Origin: Octopus sinensis | Lineage: Eukaryota | DNA length: 64,000 nt | Assembly (NCBI RefSeq): GCF_006345805.1 | Contig: NC_042998.1 | Coordinates: forward strand, 119,350,001 to 119,414,000 | Reading direction: 5' to 3' | In this document: positions 26,803 to 39,394 of the stretch, piece by piece | Numbering within the stretch: the stretch's first letter is position 1 | Layout: every line of letters begins with the position of its first letter | Notes under the pieces: generated by a model | Seen by the model: only the letters and a program-made list of their open reading frames with translations | Database searches by the model: none | What the model was told of the DNA's origin: nothing | Made by a program: the position numbers and the translations under genes

Positions 26803-26897
26803 CCTCCTTCCCTTCTTTCCTGAGCGTCAAATAATACTTTAATTGTTCCACGTCCTCGCGTTGCTGTGTTTTTTTTTCTGTGTTTTCTTGTTTGGAT

Positions 26898-26946
<49 letters not shown>

Positions 26947-27003
26947 GCACGTATGGATGTGTATATGTATGCATGTATTCATATGTATCCAGATAGATAG
27001 ATT

Positions 27004-27068
<65 letters not shown>

Positions 27069-27226
27069 GCATGTATGTCCGTGTGAGCGTGCGGTATATA
27101 TAGTTAATCCAAACATGAACAAAGAGAGTGAGACTCTTCCTTTCCTGAGCGTCCAATAACACTATACTTGTTCCACGTCCTTGCGTTGTGTTTTCTGTTT
27201 GTTGATGCTTGGATTAACTATATATA

Positions 27227-27299
<73 letters not shown>

Positions 27300-27308
27300 A
27301 TATATGTA

Positions 27309-27346
<38 letters not shown>

Positions 27347-27504
27347 CATGTATTATAAGTATATAGATATATATACGTGTGCGTGCTCGTATGTATGTGG
27401 AGCAAACACATGTAAGTGCAGCAATGAAAGGATTGTGAGCACCATTAGGTTGTTCTCATCGGAAGCTGATGACAACCATATGTACCACTAGAACCCAGAA
27501 TGCT

Positions 27505-28246
27505 GTCTCACTTACGTTGCTCTGATATAAGTTATCGTCCAGAACATAAGATCCAATGATTTAGATGTGATAAATAGTGGAAATTTAATATATAACACAA
27601 GGCATGTAAATATGAATTTATTCTTGGGTGTTAAATTAGTTTAATTCTTAAGCACAAGTGCAACTCAGTAGCTTTGATACATTCAGACTATCGTGTAATG
27701 CTTACATTGTTTATATCTCAGTTTGAAACTTGAACAAGTCATTCATTTTCCTTCACAAACGTCTACGCTTTCATGTAATTGCTGCCTTCGTGAGACACAG
27801 CGTATCATACACCACATAATCATGCATATCAATACCGTTCCATATGTGTGTGTGTGTATGTGTGTGTTTGTGTGTGTTTGTGTGTGTATGCATATGTGTG
27901 TGTGTGTGTGTTCAAAAAGTATCCGGCTTTATTTTTCACTGTCAAAACTAATTCTGCGTAGGCAAGATCCTTTTAGAGGGAGGTGACGCTACTCTTCCTG
28001 CGCATACGTAAATATTTTCCCGCCGATTTGCGCGTTAGTTCCCCGCTGTTGCGCTTAAAATGCAGACATGTATTGCGCGCTCATCGGATTTTCGTTTCTC
28101 GCATGATAACAGAATGCATCAAGCAGAATAGCTAGTCGTAAAATCTCACGAAGAGATCAGATGAGTAATTATAACAACAAGTAAAGTTAATCACCACCTC
28201 AAAGTGGTTGTTCTATGTTACTACTAGTTTAACCTCTGGCAGATCT
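27505..28246 (-). repeat. Arm B of the diverged long inverted repeat
   Basis: Reverse complement of 25488-26262 with many transition differences. Confidence 0.9.
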
Positions 28247-28385
28247 TTCGCCAGCTGGTTATCGCATTGGCGACTATGTACCCGCTATTTTGCTTGTTGC
28301 AAATTAGTCACTGATGGTTGATTTGTTTATAATATACTGCTGGCTAGAGCAGACACTGGCTATCGCTCTGGCGATCAGGTACTCA

Positions 28386-28429
28386 CGACTGAGGATGAGC
28401 CAAACCAGCTCGAAAGTGAGTTAGTCTCG
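28386..28429 (+). ncRNA. Hammerhead motif with canonical CUGAGGA core at the centre of an inverted repeat
   Basis: cga-ctgagga-t-gagc caaacca gctc-gaaa-gtgagtta-gtc-tcg; G at position 15.2 breaks one stem-III pair. Confidence 0.65.
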
Positions 28430-28521
28430 CAATCCTAAAGTCTGCTAGATGATGGTAAGGGTTCGCTTCTCCAGCTAGTAATATATATGGGGCAGCGGTG
28501 CACCGATAACCAGCTAGTAGA

Positions 28522-28644
28522 AGATCTGCCTGGGGTTAAACTAGTAATAATATGGAACAGCCACTTTGATGTGGCAATTGACTTGCCTTGTTAGTATAGT
28601 TACTACTCTAATCTCTTCTTGAGATTTTACAATTAGCTATTTTG

Positions 28645-28648
<4 letters not shown>
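28522..28648 (+). repeat. Arm C: truncated third copy of the A/B repeat
   Basis: agatctgcctggggttaaactagt.. matches the start of arm A; ends in (TA)n. Confidence 0.85.
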
Positions 28649-28701
<53 letters not shown>

Positions 28702-28720
28702 GAGAAATATGTTTGTGCGC

Positions 28721-28758
<38 letters not shown>

Positions 28759-29855
28759 GGCAAAAAGAAAATGGAGGGGATACAAAAATGACATACATCA
28801 ACCGGTAGACATTCTTTTATGTTTTTTAATTCCAAAACAAAATGGATTATTATAAGAATACATACGCATGCAAAGATTGTGTGCTATACAAATATATACT
28901 AGTAATACATAAAAGAGTAAAAGATTCTGCCAATAGGCCACGATATCCTCCATGCTCTATCCATCTCTTCAGTGTTCTGTAGGGATGGGTAGATAGAGTT
29001 TGGGTGTTGAGTGTGCCTCTAGGTTTCATCAGAGGGTCTAAATGATTAGGAGAGCCGATACACACAAGAGTCAGTTACTAACAGGTACAGTATTTTTTAA
29101 AGAGGGCATAAGGAGAATAGGAGCGAGACTTAGAGTGTGAGAGGAGTAAAATTTAGTAAAATGGATGAGGTATAGGAAAGGGGAAATAAGTCATAGACTT
29201 CAAGTGTTACCTTCCAAGATTCATGTTATTTTGTCCAGTGGTGAATAGGTAGGTATATTCGTTCTAAGGATGAGTTTTTAGGAAGGGTAAATTTAGGCAG
29301 TGATTCTTATTGTGTTTACAGCGTTGGGTTTGAAAGTATGGTCCGTGTTTCAGAGATGGAAGTTTATATGTAGGATGTCAGTTGGTACTAAAGAAAGTAT
29401 GACACCAGGTGGTGACCAAAATACGGTGTTCGTGTTTGTTATTTTTTCGATCAATAAGTCCCTGAATCCTTGTGTGCAGTATGTCATTTTTGTATCCCCT
29501 GCATTTTCTTTTTGTCGTATAAATTAAGGGTAAACCATTTTTACCCCCGCCCATATATGACACTCGACTGCGAAATTGCCACGCAATAACCAGCACTTGG
29601 GTATTAATAATTGGGCACACTACCAGCAGTATTTTGGCTAGGTACTATCCCTTAGTTGGTTGGCTTCCCAACATCTAACTCTTACAGAAATATATATATG
29701 TATATATACATACATACATGTATATACATACATATATATACACATACATATATATATACACATACATATATACATATTTATATACATACATATCGTATGT
29801 GCGTTTATATATAGATACGTATTTTTACATGTATACATGTGTACGCATGTGTGTA

Positions 29856-29893
<38 letters not shown>

Positions 29894-29898
29894 GTATT

Positions 29899-29990
29899 CA
29901 ATAAGTTCCGGGGTCGAGTTGCTCGACTAAAGGCGGTGCTCTAGCATGGCCGCAGTCAAATGATTGAAACAAGTAAAAGAGTAAAAGAGT
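29899..29990 (+). mobile_element. SINE family 1, 3' tail fragment
   Basis: ggcggtgctctagcatggccgcagtcaaatgattgaaacaagtaaaagag. Confidence 0.8.
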
Positions 29991-31205
29991 AATAAGTTTG
30001 ATTTTGGGGTATACATATATATGTACGCCCAAAAATCAAACTGTATACACACACACACAAACTTAAAGTGACAACCGAGATGAAAAAAGTACTTAATAAC
30101 TGGGAGAGAATTTATGCATTTTAATTTGATAGGACCTTTTTTTCAACCTTACTCTGATTTATGTGCATCTCATACATATAACGATTGGTGAGTAATACAC
30201 GCCCAGTTATGACTGACGACAAAATGTATCAGCCTCAAATAAAGAAATGTATTTAATCAGTTACAATATATAATTACATATGCATACATACATGTATGTT
30301 GATTTATGTATGTATTTATGTATGCATGTACGTACGTATGTATGTATGTTTGTATGTATGCATGTATGCTTCTATGTATGTGAATATGTATCTAAGTATA
30401 TACGTATGTATGCATGTACGTGTGCATGTTTGTATGTATGTAATTCCATCCCTCTTCATTTCCAAGATTTGAAAGCATTTGTATTCTTAGATTGTCGTGT
30501 TGACCTCTTCTACCATATTCCTTTTATTCATTTCATATTCACCCAAAACCAATTCTATTCTATATCTAAAATACTCGGTTAAGTTATAAATACATGCATT
30601 TTATTGACCTTCTCAGATTTCAGCTACTGTATAGCCTATCGGTAGGCGCTGTTGGTTATCATAAACTCTATGGTCTTGGAGTCCACATCTGTAATACGAA
30701 CATTCCTCTCGATAACTTTGCAAAACGTTTTGGATATCCTAAAAGCTTATTTATAGAATTTATGGTGGGATATAAGATTGTTAGGGCTTTCGCTCTGTCA
30801 GTATTTTTTGTGGTTGCTGCAGAGTACAAAGAATTAGCTTGGTTGGTTGTAGTTGCTGTTGTTGTCATAGCTGCTGCTGCTTTTGTTGTTGCTGCTATTC
30901 TTATTCCCGTTTTTTTTTTTTGTTCTTCGATTCTTTTTTTTTTTTTTTTACCGTTTGTTTTTCGTTTCGGTTGGAGGGATTTTAATCATAATTCTTTCTT
31001 GCAACACAATTCTTATTCTTATTTGTTCCCCCGAATTATTTATGAAATTTAATAATGTTGGGGAAATAAACAAATTTAGAAATCTGAAAGGAAATTATTA
31101 TATTTAGATGTTATTTTAGATGCGTATTTCTTTATTATTAATGATGTTGGTTTATCCATTCTGCAGTTATGGTTGAAACCAGGATACGAAATTAAGTAAC
31201 TGTAT

Positions 31206-31615
31206 AGGGCGCGAGCATAGCTGTGTGGTTAAGAAGCTTGATTACATGGTTTCGGGTTCAGTCCCTTGTACAGCACCTTGGGTATATGTCTTCTACTTTA
31301 ATTAAGGGCTGCATCATGAGTGAATTTTTAGATGGAAACTCAGTAAGCCCATCGTATTAATATATGTATGTATTTGCATGTGTTCATTTGCATGTATGTG
31401 TACATATACATGTATGCATGTGTATGTATGTATGCGTGTGTTTGTGTTTTCCCCACACCACCTGAAAATCTGCGTTGGTTTGCTTACGTCCCTGTAACTT
31501 AGCGTTTCTGTAAAAGAACCCGATAGAATAAGTACTGTGGGCGATATGTTCGACTAAGTACTTCAAGGCGGCACCCCAGCATGACCGCAGCCCAATGACT
31601 AAAACAAGTAAAAGA
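31206..31615 (+). mobile_element. SINE family 1
   Basis: Head tagctgtgtggtt..gggttcagtccc; matching tail. Confidence 0.85.
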
Positions 31616-32044
31616 TATGTATCTGTGGTTGCATTAGTATTTAGTGGAATAGGCACCAAAATATCTGAGGTTTTATGATAGCGGTAATAGAATAATTATA
31701 ATTCCATGTAGATGAGAATAATGGACAACGTTCAGAAGGCTTAACAGAACAATAATAATTTATTGGAAGAGGAATTGGTGATAGAATTAAATCGATGCTT
31801 GCTTGCCGGTATACCGTGCATAGCATTCAGAGATAGGGCATAACAATGTCCTAGCTGAATAGAAGGAATGTTCAGGCGCCTTGTCATAAGGTTACAAATC
31901 CAAATGAGATGTATGCAGCATATTAAAAATATAGCACTTACAGTTACTTCATAGTATAAAAATATGGAACATGATAAATGTTCGAACAGTCTCATAACCC
32001 GGTAATAAATTATAGAATGTTTCTCCATTAGATATTTCTACATG

Positions 32045-32965
32045 ATGTTGAGTTCAGATGGAGACATAACAATACGTCTTACTTCTCCCAAGGCGTGACT
32101 GGAACTGATGAAAAACTTTATGCCTCTAGTGACAGGCAGCAGTGTGTATCTATGCGCAAGGCAAGGCGGTTGGCTACCCTAAAAAAATCACGAATAGATG
32201 GATAACAGTTCCGCCAAAGGGAAATAGTGCTCCTACATGAACCCCTGCTCAGACCGAAAGGGCGATCAACATAAAGGAGAAAACATTCCGGAAGATGACA
32301 CATAAATACAAAAGGAAAAATGCAAAATGCTGAAAAAGAACAAATACAGCTAGGTAAAAAAATAAATACATGCAAAGCAAAATGAAAATATGCACAAAAG
32401 GTAAGTCAATGCTCTGAGACAAGTTCACAGTTTGCTCTATATCATCCAGTTCAGATATAGATAGTCTTGCAAAGCTTAGCGGGTCATTGTACACGACTAC
32501 CACTGCAAGTCGTAGTGACATATGTAGAAGGTGTGTGCAATTGTGAAGGTGGTGAATGCGAAAGTGTAGCATGTGTTCCGTGGTGAACAGTGTATGTGAG
32601 GTGAGCATATACCATTATGCCTCTGGTGTAAGAGTGTTTGTAAAGGCCCGGAAGGGAATCCGCACAGAGTCATTCGTAAAACAACTCCACTGGAGAGTAT
32701 TCAAGATCCTCCTTGACTGCTGAAAGGCAGCCGTGAAGAATAATGAGTAGATACTCGCTCCATCGACGTTGGTCAGGATAAGCACGCATCGCAGACTTCC
32801 ATTGGCGGTGAAAGCGTTCCACCATACCATTTGAAGCTGGATAGTGACTAGTAGTCCGAATGCAGCGCGCAACTAGAATTTCGAAAGCTCATGGAAGAGC
32901 TGCGATTCGAATTGCCTACCACGGTCAATGATGATCGTGGTAGGGACGCCATAGCACGATGTCCA
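32045..32965 (-). mobile_element. Ty3/Gypsy LTR retrotransposon 3' remnant (integrase core, PPT-like tract, probable LTR)
   Basis: 32640-32965: WTSCYGVPTTIIIDRGRQFESQLF, IRTTSHYPASNGMVERFHRQ, AVKEDLEYSPVEL with stops and a frameshift; agcagggg followed by TGTAGG at 32237. Confidence 0.85.
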
Positions 32966-33999
32966 ACCCGATACCGGGGCTTCTGGTATTTCATCAATGG
33001 ACTACGCGTGTGTTACTTCGGCATCATCATTCCATAAAATGTGTTTAATGGGAGAAAAATATTGAAAAAACATCAATACATGTGAGAATGGAAACGGGGG
33101 GGGGCTAGAAACAACAGCCAAACGTCCCTTGAATTGTTCCCTTTTTCTCTGAAAATATTTCCAATCTGGTTTTTTTTTTTTACCGGAAAAGTTCCTACCA
33201 TGGTTTTTAAGTTGAAACAAATGGTCAAAATCGGTCCGGATAGTCATTATTGTAAGTCTTACAGCGTTCCAAACAGCCATAACAACAAAATCCCAATTTT
33301 TTTTTCTTTTTCACAAAAAGTCTTTGTGTGTAAAAAGAATATTGACCCACTACCCAGCTCCATGTGACATTGTTTCGGTAACCTTCTGACTTTACTTAGA
33401 ACATCAGCTACTTCAGTCTTGAAGAGACTGCGAAGGTAATGAGCGGTCATCCCTTTTCCATTTAATAAAGAAATATGACTCGTGTTAAGACACTTCTAAA
33501 ATCCATATTGATATTCATCTTTCCGGAAGTATTTAAATATGTACCAGTGATACACTGTGAGATATTCAGTAGACTACACCTCACCCTTACAAAACCTGTC
33601 ACATGAATTTATTTGTATTTTTTTTTTTTTTTTCTTATTTGTCTTGTCAAGAATATTCCTAAGTATCAAAGATGTTTGGCATACAACTACTACTTAATTC
33701 TTTATCCAGCAGCATCTGTTTTCCTTGCATTATCCAAGCATTTGGAATTCAATTAATCTTATAGATATTTTATTTATGAATTTTCCACTATACTGCACGA
33801 TAGTTAGGTTCTGATTGAGGTTCTGGAAATTTGAATAGTTTTCATATCGTTAACTCTATAAAACGTGTGTGCACAGAAATACACATGCATACACAAACAC
33901 AGACACAAACACCCACACACACACACACACACACACTCACATATATATATATATAATATATATATATATTATATATATATATATTTATATTTATATATA

Positions 34000-34087
<88 letters not shown>

Positions 34088-36847
34088 ATATATATATATA
34101 TATTATATATATAATATATATATATATATACACCCGCACACACACACACATACTTAGACGATATTATTCTTAGGTGCGTGCTTTTGTACCAGTGCAAAGT
34201 GAGGGCGATGTGCCATTGAAGATCTATCACCGTATTTTTTTCCGTCGATCCAAATTGCTTCCGCATGATCTTCCTGAAAATGTGCACAAAGAAAATTTTG
34301 ATATCAGTAATAACACAGTCCGGTAATTTATTTGTCAAATGCATTAATGATCAGACGGAAAAAGATATGGCTGGAAAATGAAAGTCGAAGTACCTTTGTA
34401 GAAAGTATATAAGATACTCCAATTATCACAAAACAACAGAGATCAATCGTTTGGAAAATAGACGCAATAATACCGATATCATCGAGAAAACAAAGGTTGT
34501 GGATTAGTATAATCAGTATATTGTGGTATTTAGTCATGTTCCTTTAGGTTCTGAGTTGAAATCCTGCCAGGACCGATTTCCTATTATAGTAGCAAATTAT
34601 ATTTTATTGATGTGTCCTTGAGACTGGATGAAAGTGATGGATTGTTCAGAATCAGTAGAGCATCGGATGAAACGCGTTGCGATATTTATTTGCATATCTT
34701 TACGGTCTTTACAGTCGATGTAATAAAGTAGTAGTCAGGCACTGGGGTCTTTTTACGTGGTTGTGTCCTTTCCAAAATTGCACTTTTCAATATTTATCCA
34801 GAGTTTTCTCTTAAACTGATTAAAGTGTTTTGTTTGCTTGGAAAATATGTTTTGTATAGTATAGGACTTTATGTGTGTGTTCGTCTGTGTATAAATGTGG
34901 GAGCGTGTGTATTATGGTCAGGCTATGTCCTTCTACATCACACACATATGTTACCGGTAAGTTTTGATGCACGGCAGATGATCATTGGTAAGCAGCCTAA
35001 TGAATCGGCCAACAATTTTTCTTCCTGCTACCTAGCCTTTCTCAATTATTATGCGATCCGTTGAAATGTCATGTTAAAATGATTTTTACAATAGTCAACA
35101 ACGTGTCATTGGATGTGTTTTTGTATACGTGTGTCTGTGTGTATTGTAGTCAGGTTATGTCTTGACCAAGGCACATTCACGAATTCTCACAGATGTAATC
35201 AAAAGTTTCACTGCACAGCAGGACGATCAGCTAATCGACCGAGATCTTCAAAATACTTCGTCGGGCATTTGTTGAACGAACTTTAGGTTAAATCGAAGCT
35301 TTTGAATGATACGTGCATTTCAAGGCAAATTATATATCGGTTCAAGATGATTAACCTTTAGAGCAACCAATTACTAGCAAAACGCCAGAAAATATGAGGA
35401 AAATGTGCAAACACATACATAAGAATTGCTGTTGAACAATTTATCAACTCCTTGACATCATTGGAAGCATTGGGAGTCTACCAGGATATTCTCCCGGATA
35501 TCTGAACATGCATCATGATGCTGCGAAAGTTGTTTCCTTCACCAGCTCTTTATATTCGATCATAAAGTAGCCGCATCTTGACGTGTACCTTGAATTTTGA
35601 GAGAAGACAAACTGCGCATATGCGAAGATTAAAAGAGCACAAAAATAGTTGAAACTTAAAGTGCGCTATAAAAACACAATAAAGAAAGTACCAACGTCAA
35701 CAGGTTGAAAGAGGGCATCTTTTACTGAACTTGCAGAGCACAATGGAGTACGATATGTTAGCCAACTACAAGAAATAAACCTGTGCATAAGAGAAGGTTC
35801 TACTTTTCTCGAGAATAATGGTGCCCCAGTGTAAACAAGAGAAAGACGAGGATCAGAACATGAGGAATAGATGCTTATGTAACTCCTTAGCTCGTCATCG
35901 TTTCCATGGCACGAAGAACAAAAAACCCTGATGTATATTCCACTGAGGCAGTGAAAAGGAGCATCACCTGAGCATCTTTTACGCAGATTAGAGAAGTAAA
36001 AAAATTAGGAAGATGGAGTAAAGAGCCGTAATGGAATCAGCAGCAGACTGCTGGTGTGTGGACAGCAAGAAGCAAAATAAATGCAGCTGTTAATGCCGAT
36101 GCCTTCTCAAAACCAACAGTTGACGCTGCAGGTATAGCCGATGAGGATATTGCAGAACTACTAAAAAAGAGTGGGAACTTAATGAAGCTGCTAAATAAGG
36201 TAAATCCTGAGAAGGAGATAAAGGCATACTCTCTAAATATCAAAATGATAGATTGAAAGTGAAAACTACGCCGTGTTCAATTAAGCGTTTTTTAATGTAA
36301 TATATTGTAGATTATAGCCAAGAATATGTGAGGGGTTTGGCAATTTGCTCAAAACCGAAGATACCTACATCTAACTTCTGAAATACCAAGGTTTATATTT
36401 GTATATTGCATAGTATCCAGACCTGAAATCCTAGAGTATCCTAATTTTCTCTGGTTGGCGATTGGCGATTTCTCTCCCATGCATGGTCGGGCCTGTTGAT
36501 TAATTATATATATATATATATATATACACAAACCTTTGACTCTACAACACTGTATATAAATTCTCTACTGGGAATGACCAAGTTTAAAAATCTGCTGGAT
36601 CTTACTCATAAAGGAATCTTATATTGTTTATAAACTCTATATTTGGAAGGACTCATTTTAAACTCTGTTAGACTTTTGGACTGTACTCATAAGATATTGG
36701 AATGTTACATATATACCATTAAGCCTATAAAATGGATTTACAACTTCAATACCCATAGATATCTTGCATCTATTTTCTTTCCCTCACCTCACTCTCTATT
36801 TTGTATCACATCTAAACTAACTATGACTTAACTTCCCTCTCACACCA

Positions 36848-36897
36848 TCTCCGATGGAGGGATATTACTAATAAATATCCTAGGAACAGCTGTAAGA
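36848..36897 (+). ncRNA. Degenerate hammerhead motif (CCGAUG core)
   Basis: tct-ccgatgga-gggatatt actaata aatatcct-aggaa-cagctg-ta-aga; palindromic ACAGCUGU stem III; GAAA mutated. Confidence 0.45.
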
Positions 36898-36969
36898 CCT
36901 TCTATCTATAAATGCTCTAAAATCTATACAGCCTTGGTTTTTTATCTTATTACGCAAAAAATTCTGTAG

Positions 36970-38883
36970 AAACAGCTACAGTGCACTGTAGAATAGGGCC
37001 ACTCCTCGAAAAGGATGGCACACTTACAGGAAAACCAATGAGGGTAAGTGAAATACTGAATGAGCAATTCAAGAGTGTTTTCACTCCACCCCTTGGGCAT
37101 CTCCAAATCACCAATCCAACTGACTTTTTTACCACTGCAGATATAAAATCAGAGGCGGCGACGATAGATTACATCGATATAAAGGAAGACGATGTAACCA
37201 AGGCTATAGATGAAATGAAAACAGACTCAGCTACTGGCCCCGATGGATTCCCGGCAATCCTCCTAAAAGCATGTAAGAGAGTCCTAGCAAGACCACTGCA
37301 GTTCCTCTTTCAGAGCTTCCTTGCAGCTGGCAAACTTCCAGGAAAACTGAAGGAAGGTAAAATATGCCCCATTCATAAAGGAGGTAGCAGAGCGGAAGCC
37401 AAGAACTATAGACCTATCTCTCTGACCTCACACATCAGCAAGGTCATGGAACGAATAGTCAGAAGGAAGCTGATCACCTTCCTTGAAGAGAATGACTTGC
37501 TGCCCGACACCCAACATGGTTTCCGACCAGGGAGAAGCTGTTTAACTCAGCTCCTACAACACTATGACTGGGTGCTGAAACGGCTGCTCAACCACTCAAA
37601 TGTGGAAGTGATATATCTCGACTTTGCAAAGGCCTTTGATAAAGTCGATCATGGAATGATATGTCACAAACTGCGTGATCTCAACATAGTTGGAAAACTG
37701 GGAGAATGGCTTCATGACTTTCTGAAGGATAGAAGTCAGGTGGTAGTAGCCAATGGGGCCACCTCCATTAACACACAAATAGTGAGCGGTGTTCCGCAGG
37801 GCACTGTTCTGGGACCACTACTGTTCATAATGGCCCTCTCAGACATGCCCTCAGCCACGCAGAGAGCCACGATCACAAGTTATGCAGATGATACAAAAGT
37901 TTCACAGGCAATACAGAACCCTGAGGACACTAAACACCTGCAATGTGAGCTGGACGAAATATACAAGTGGGCTGAAAAGAATAGCATGCAGTTCAATGCT
38001 GGAAAGTTTCAAGCTTTATACTATCAGCATGCAAAACTGAATGCAATACCCAATGAATACACTGGACCCGGAGGGATTGCAATCCCAGAGGCACAATCAG
38101 TGCGTGACCTGGGTATTCACATGAGTGATGACGCGACCTTTCATGTACATGTTGCTAAACTGACAATGAAATGTAGACGGCTGGCTGGATGGATTCTTAG
38201 AACCTTTAGAACAAGAGAACAAGAAACCATGATGGTCCTCTGGAAGACACTTGTCCTAAGCCACTTTGACTATTGCTCTCAGCTATGGTCACCATCCAGT
38301 GTCAAGTTGATCACAGAACTTGAGGCGATACAACGAAGCTACACAAAGAAGATAGCCTCTATGCAGAATGTAAGCTACTGGGAAAGACTCAAGAGATTAA
38401 AATTATATTCTCTGGAGCGTAGGCGGGAAAGATATGCCATAATATACATCTGGAAGATCCTGGAGGGAAGTGTCCTGAACTTTGGCATCGAGAGTTACGC
38501 AAATGCCAGAACTGGGCGCCACTGCGTGGTGCCTAGGACTCCAAACCTGCCATCAAGATGTAGGACAAGATTCTGTGATAGCCTGGGCTTCCGAGGCCCA
38601 CAGCTCTTCAATATCCTCCCGAAGAACCTGAGAGACCTGCATGGGGTGGATACAGATGTCTTTAAAATGAAGCTGGATCTCTTCCTGTCAGGTGTCCCAG
38701 ATGAACCAACTTCACGGCAGGAGGGGCAGATGAGGGCAGCTGCATCGAACTCTCTCATGCACCAAATAGCAGTTGCTAGAAAGCCTCCATGAAGTGAAAC
38801 CAAGTAGCAACACCAAATGGCGGTGCCCCAGCATGGCCACAGCTCATAAGCTGAAACTAGAATCAATCAATCAATCAATCAAT
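36970..38883 (+). mobile_element. 5'-truncated LINE with 3' UTR and (AATC)n tail
   Basis: RT ORF followed by a ~70-bp UTR and (aatc)n at 38861-38883. Confidence 0.9.
36981..38792 (+). CDS. Non-LTR retrotransposon reverse transcriptase (CR1/L2 group), stop-free, lacks the APE domain
   Basis: 603-aa ORF: GPDG, NYRPISLTS, QHGFRPGRSC, YLDFAKAFDKV, GVPQGTVLGPLLF, YADD. Confidence 0.95.
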   Translation: MHCRIGPLLEKDGTLTGKPMRVSEILNEQFKSVFTPPLGHLQITNPTDFFTTADIKSEAATIDYIDIKEDDVTKAIDEMKTDSATGPDGFPAILLKACKRVLARPLQFLFQSFLAAGKLPGKLKEGKICPIHKGGSRAEAKNYRPISLTSHISKVMERIVRRKLITFLEENDLLPDTQHGFRPGRSCLTQLLQHYDWVLKRLLNHSNVEVIYLDFAKAFDKVDHGMICHKLRDLNIVGKLGEWLHDFLKDRSQVVVANGATSINTQIVSGVPQGTVLGPLLFIMALSDMPSATQRATITSYADDTKVSQAIQNPEDTKHLQCELDEIYKWAEKNSMQFNAGKFQALYYQHAKLNAIPNEYTGPGGIAIPEAQSVRDLGIHMSDDATFHVHVAKLTMKCRRLAGWILRTFRTREQETMMVLWKTLVLSHFDYCSQLWSPSSVKLITELEAIQRSYTKKIASMQNVSYWERLKRLKLYSLERRRERYAIIYIWKILEGSVLNFGIESYANARTGRHCVVPRTPNLPSRCRTRFCDSLGFRGPQLFNILPKNLRDLHGVDTDVFKMKLDLFLSGVPDEPTSRQEGQMRAAASNSLMHQIAVARKPP

Positions 38884-39258
38884 ATATATAAAACTTGTTT
38901 TCTATGTTGGATTACATCTTTGCCTTTTCTGTATGACAATGTTTTGTATCAGATATTATGCCTATATGGTCAATAAAGAAACAATTATTATTGTTATTCA
39001 CAAAGGTAATGCCCTTGAGCAAATTTGGTTAAAAATTTGCGGTGAATCGCTGACCCTCAACAAAGTAAAATTCCCTATGGAGTACTGCTTACATATTTTG
39101 AAGGGGCGCTGTTCTGCATACGTATATGTGTGCGAGTTTGTATGTGTATATGTAGAGTAAATTAGGCTGAAACATTGCGTCCATGTGTATGTGTGTGTTT
39201 GTGGATGTATATACGCATGTCTCTCTCTCTCTCTCTTTCTCTCACTAACTCTCTCACC

Positions 39259-39322
<64 letters not shown>

Positions 39323-39394
39323 CAGACAGACAGACAAATAGATAGATAGATGTTCTCTTTCTTTCTTTAATTTAGAGTAAGGTTTGACCGGCTA

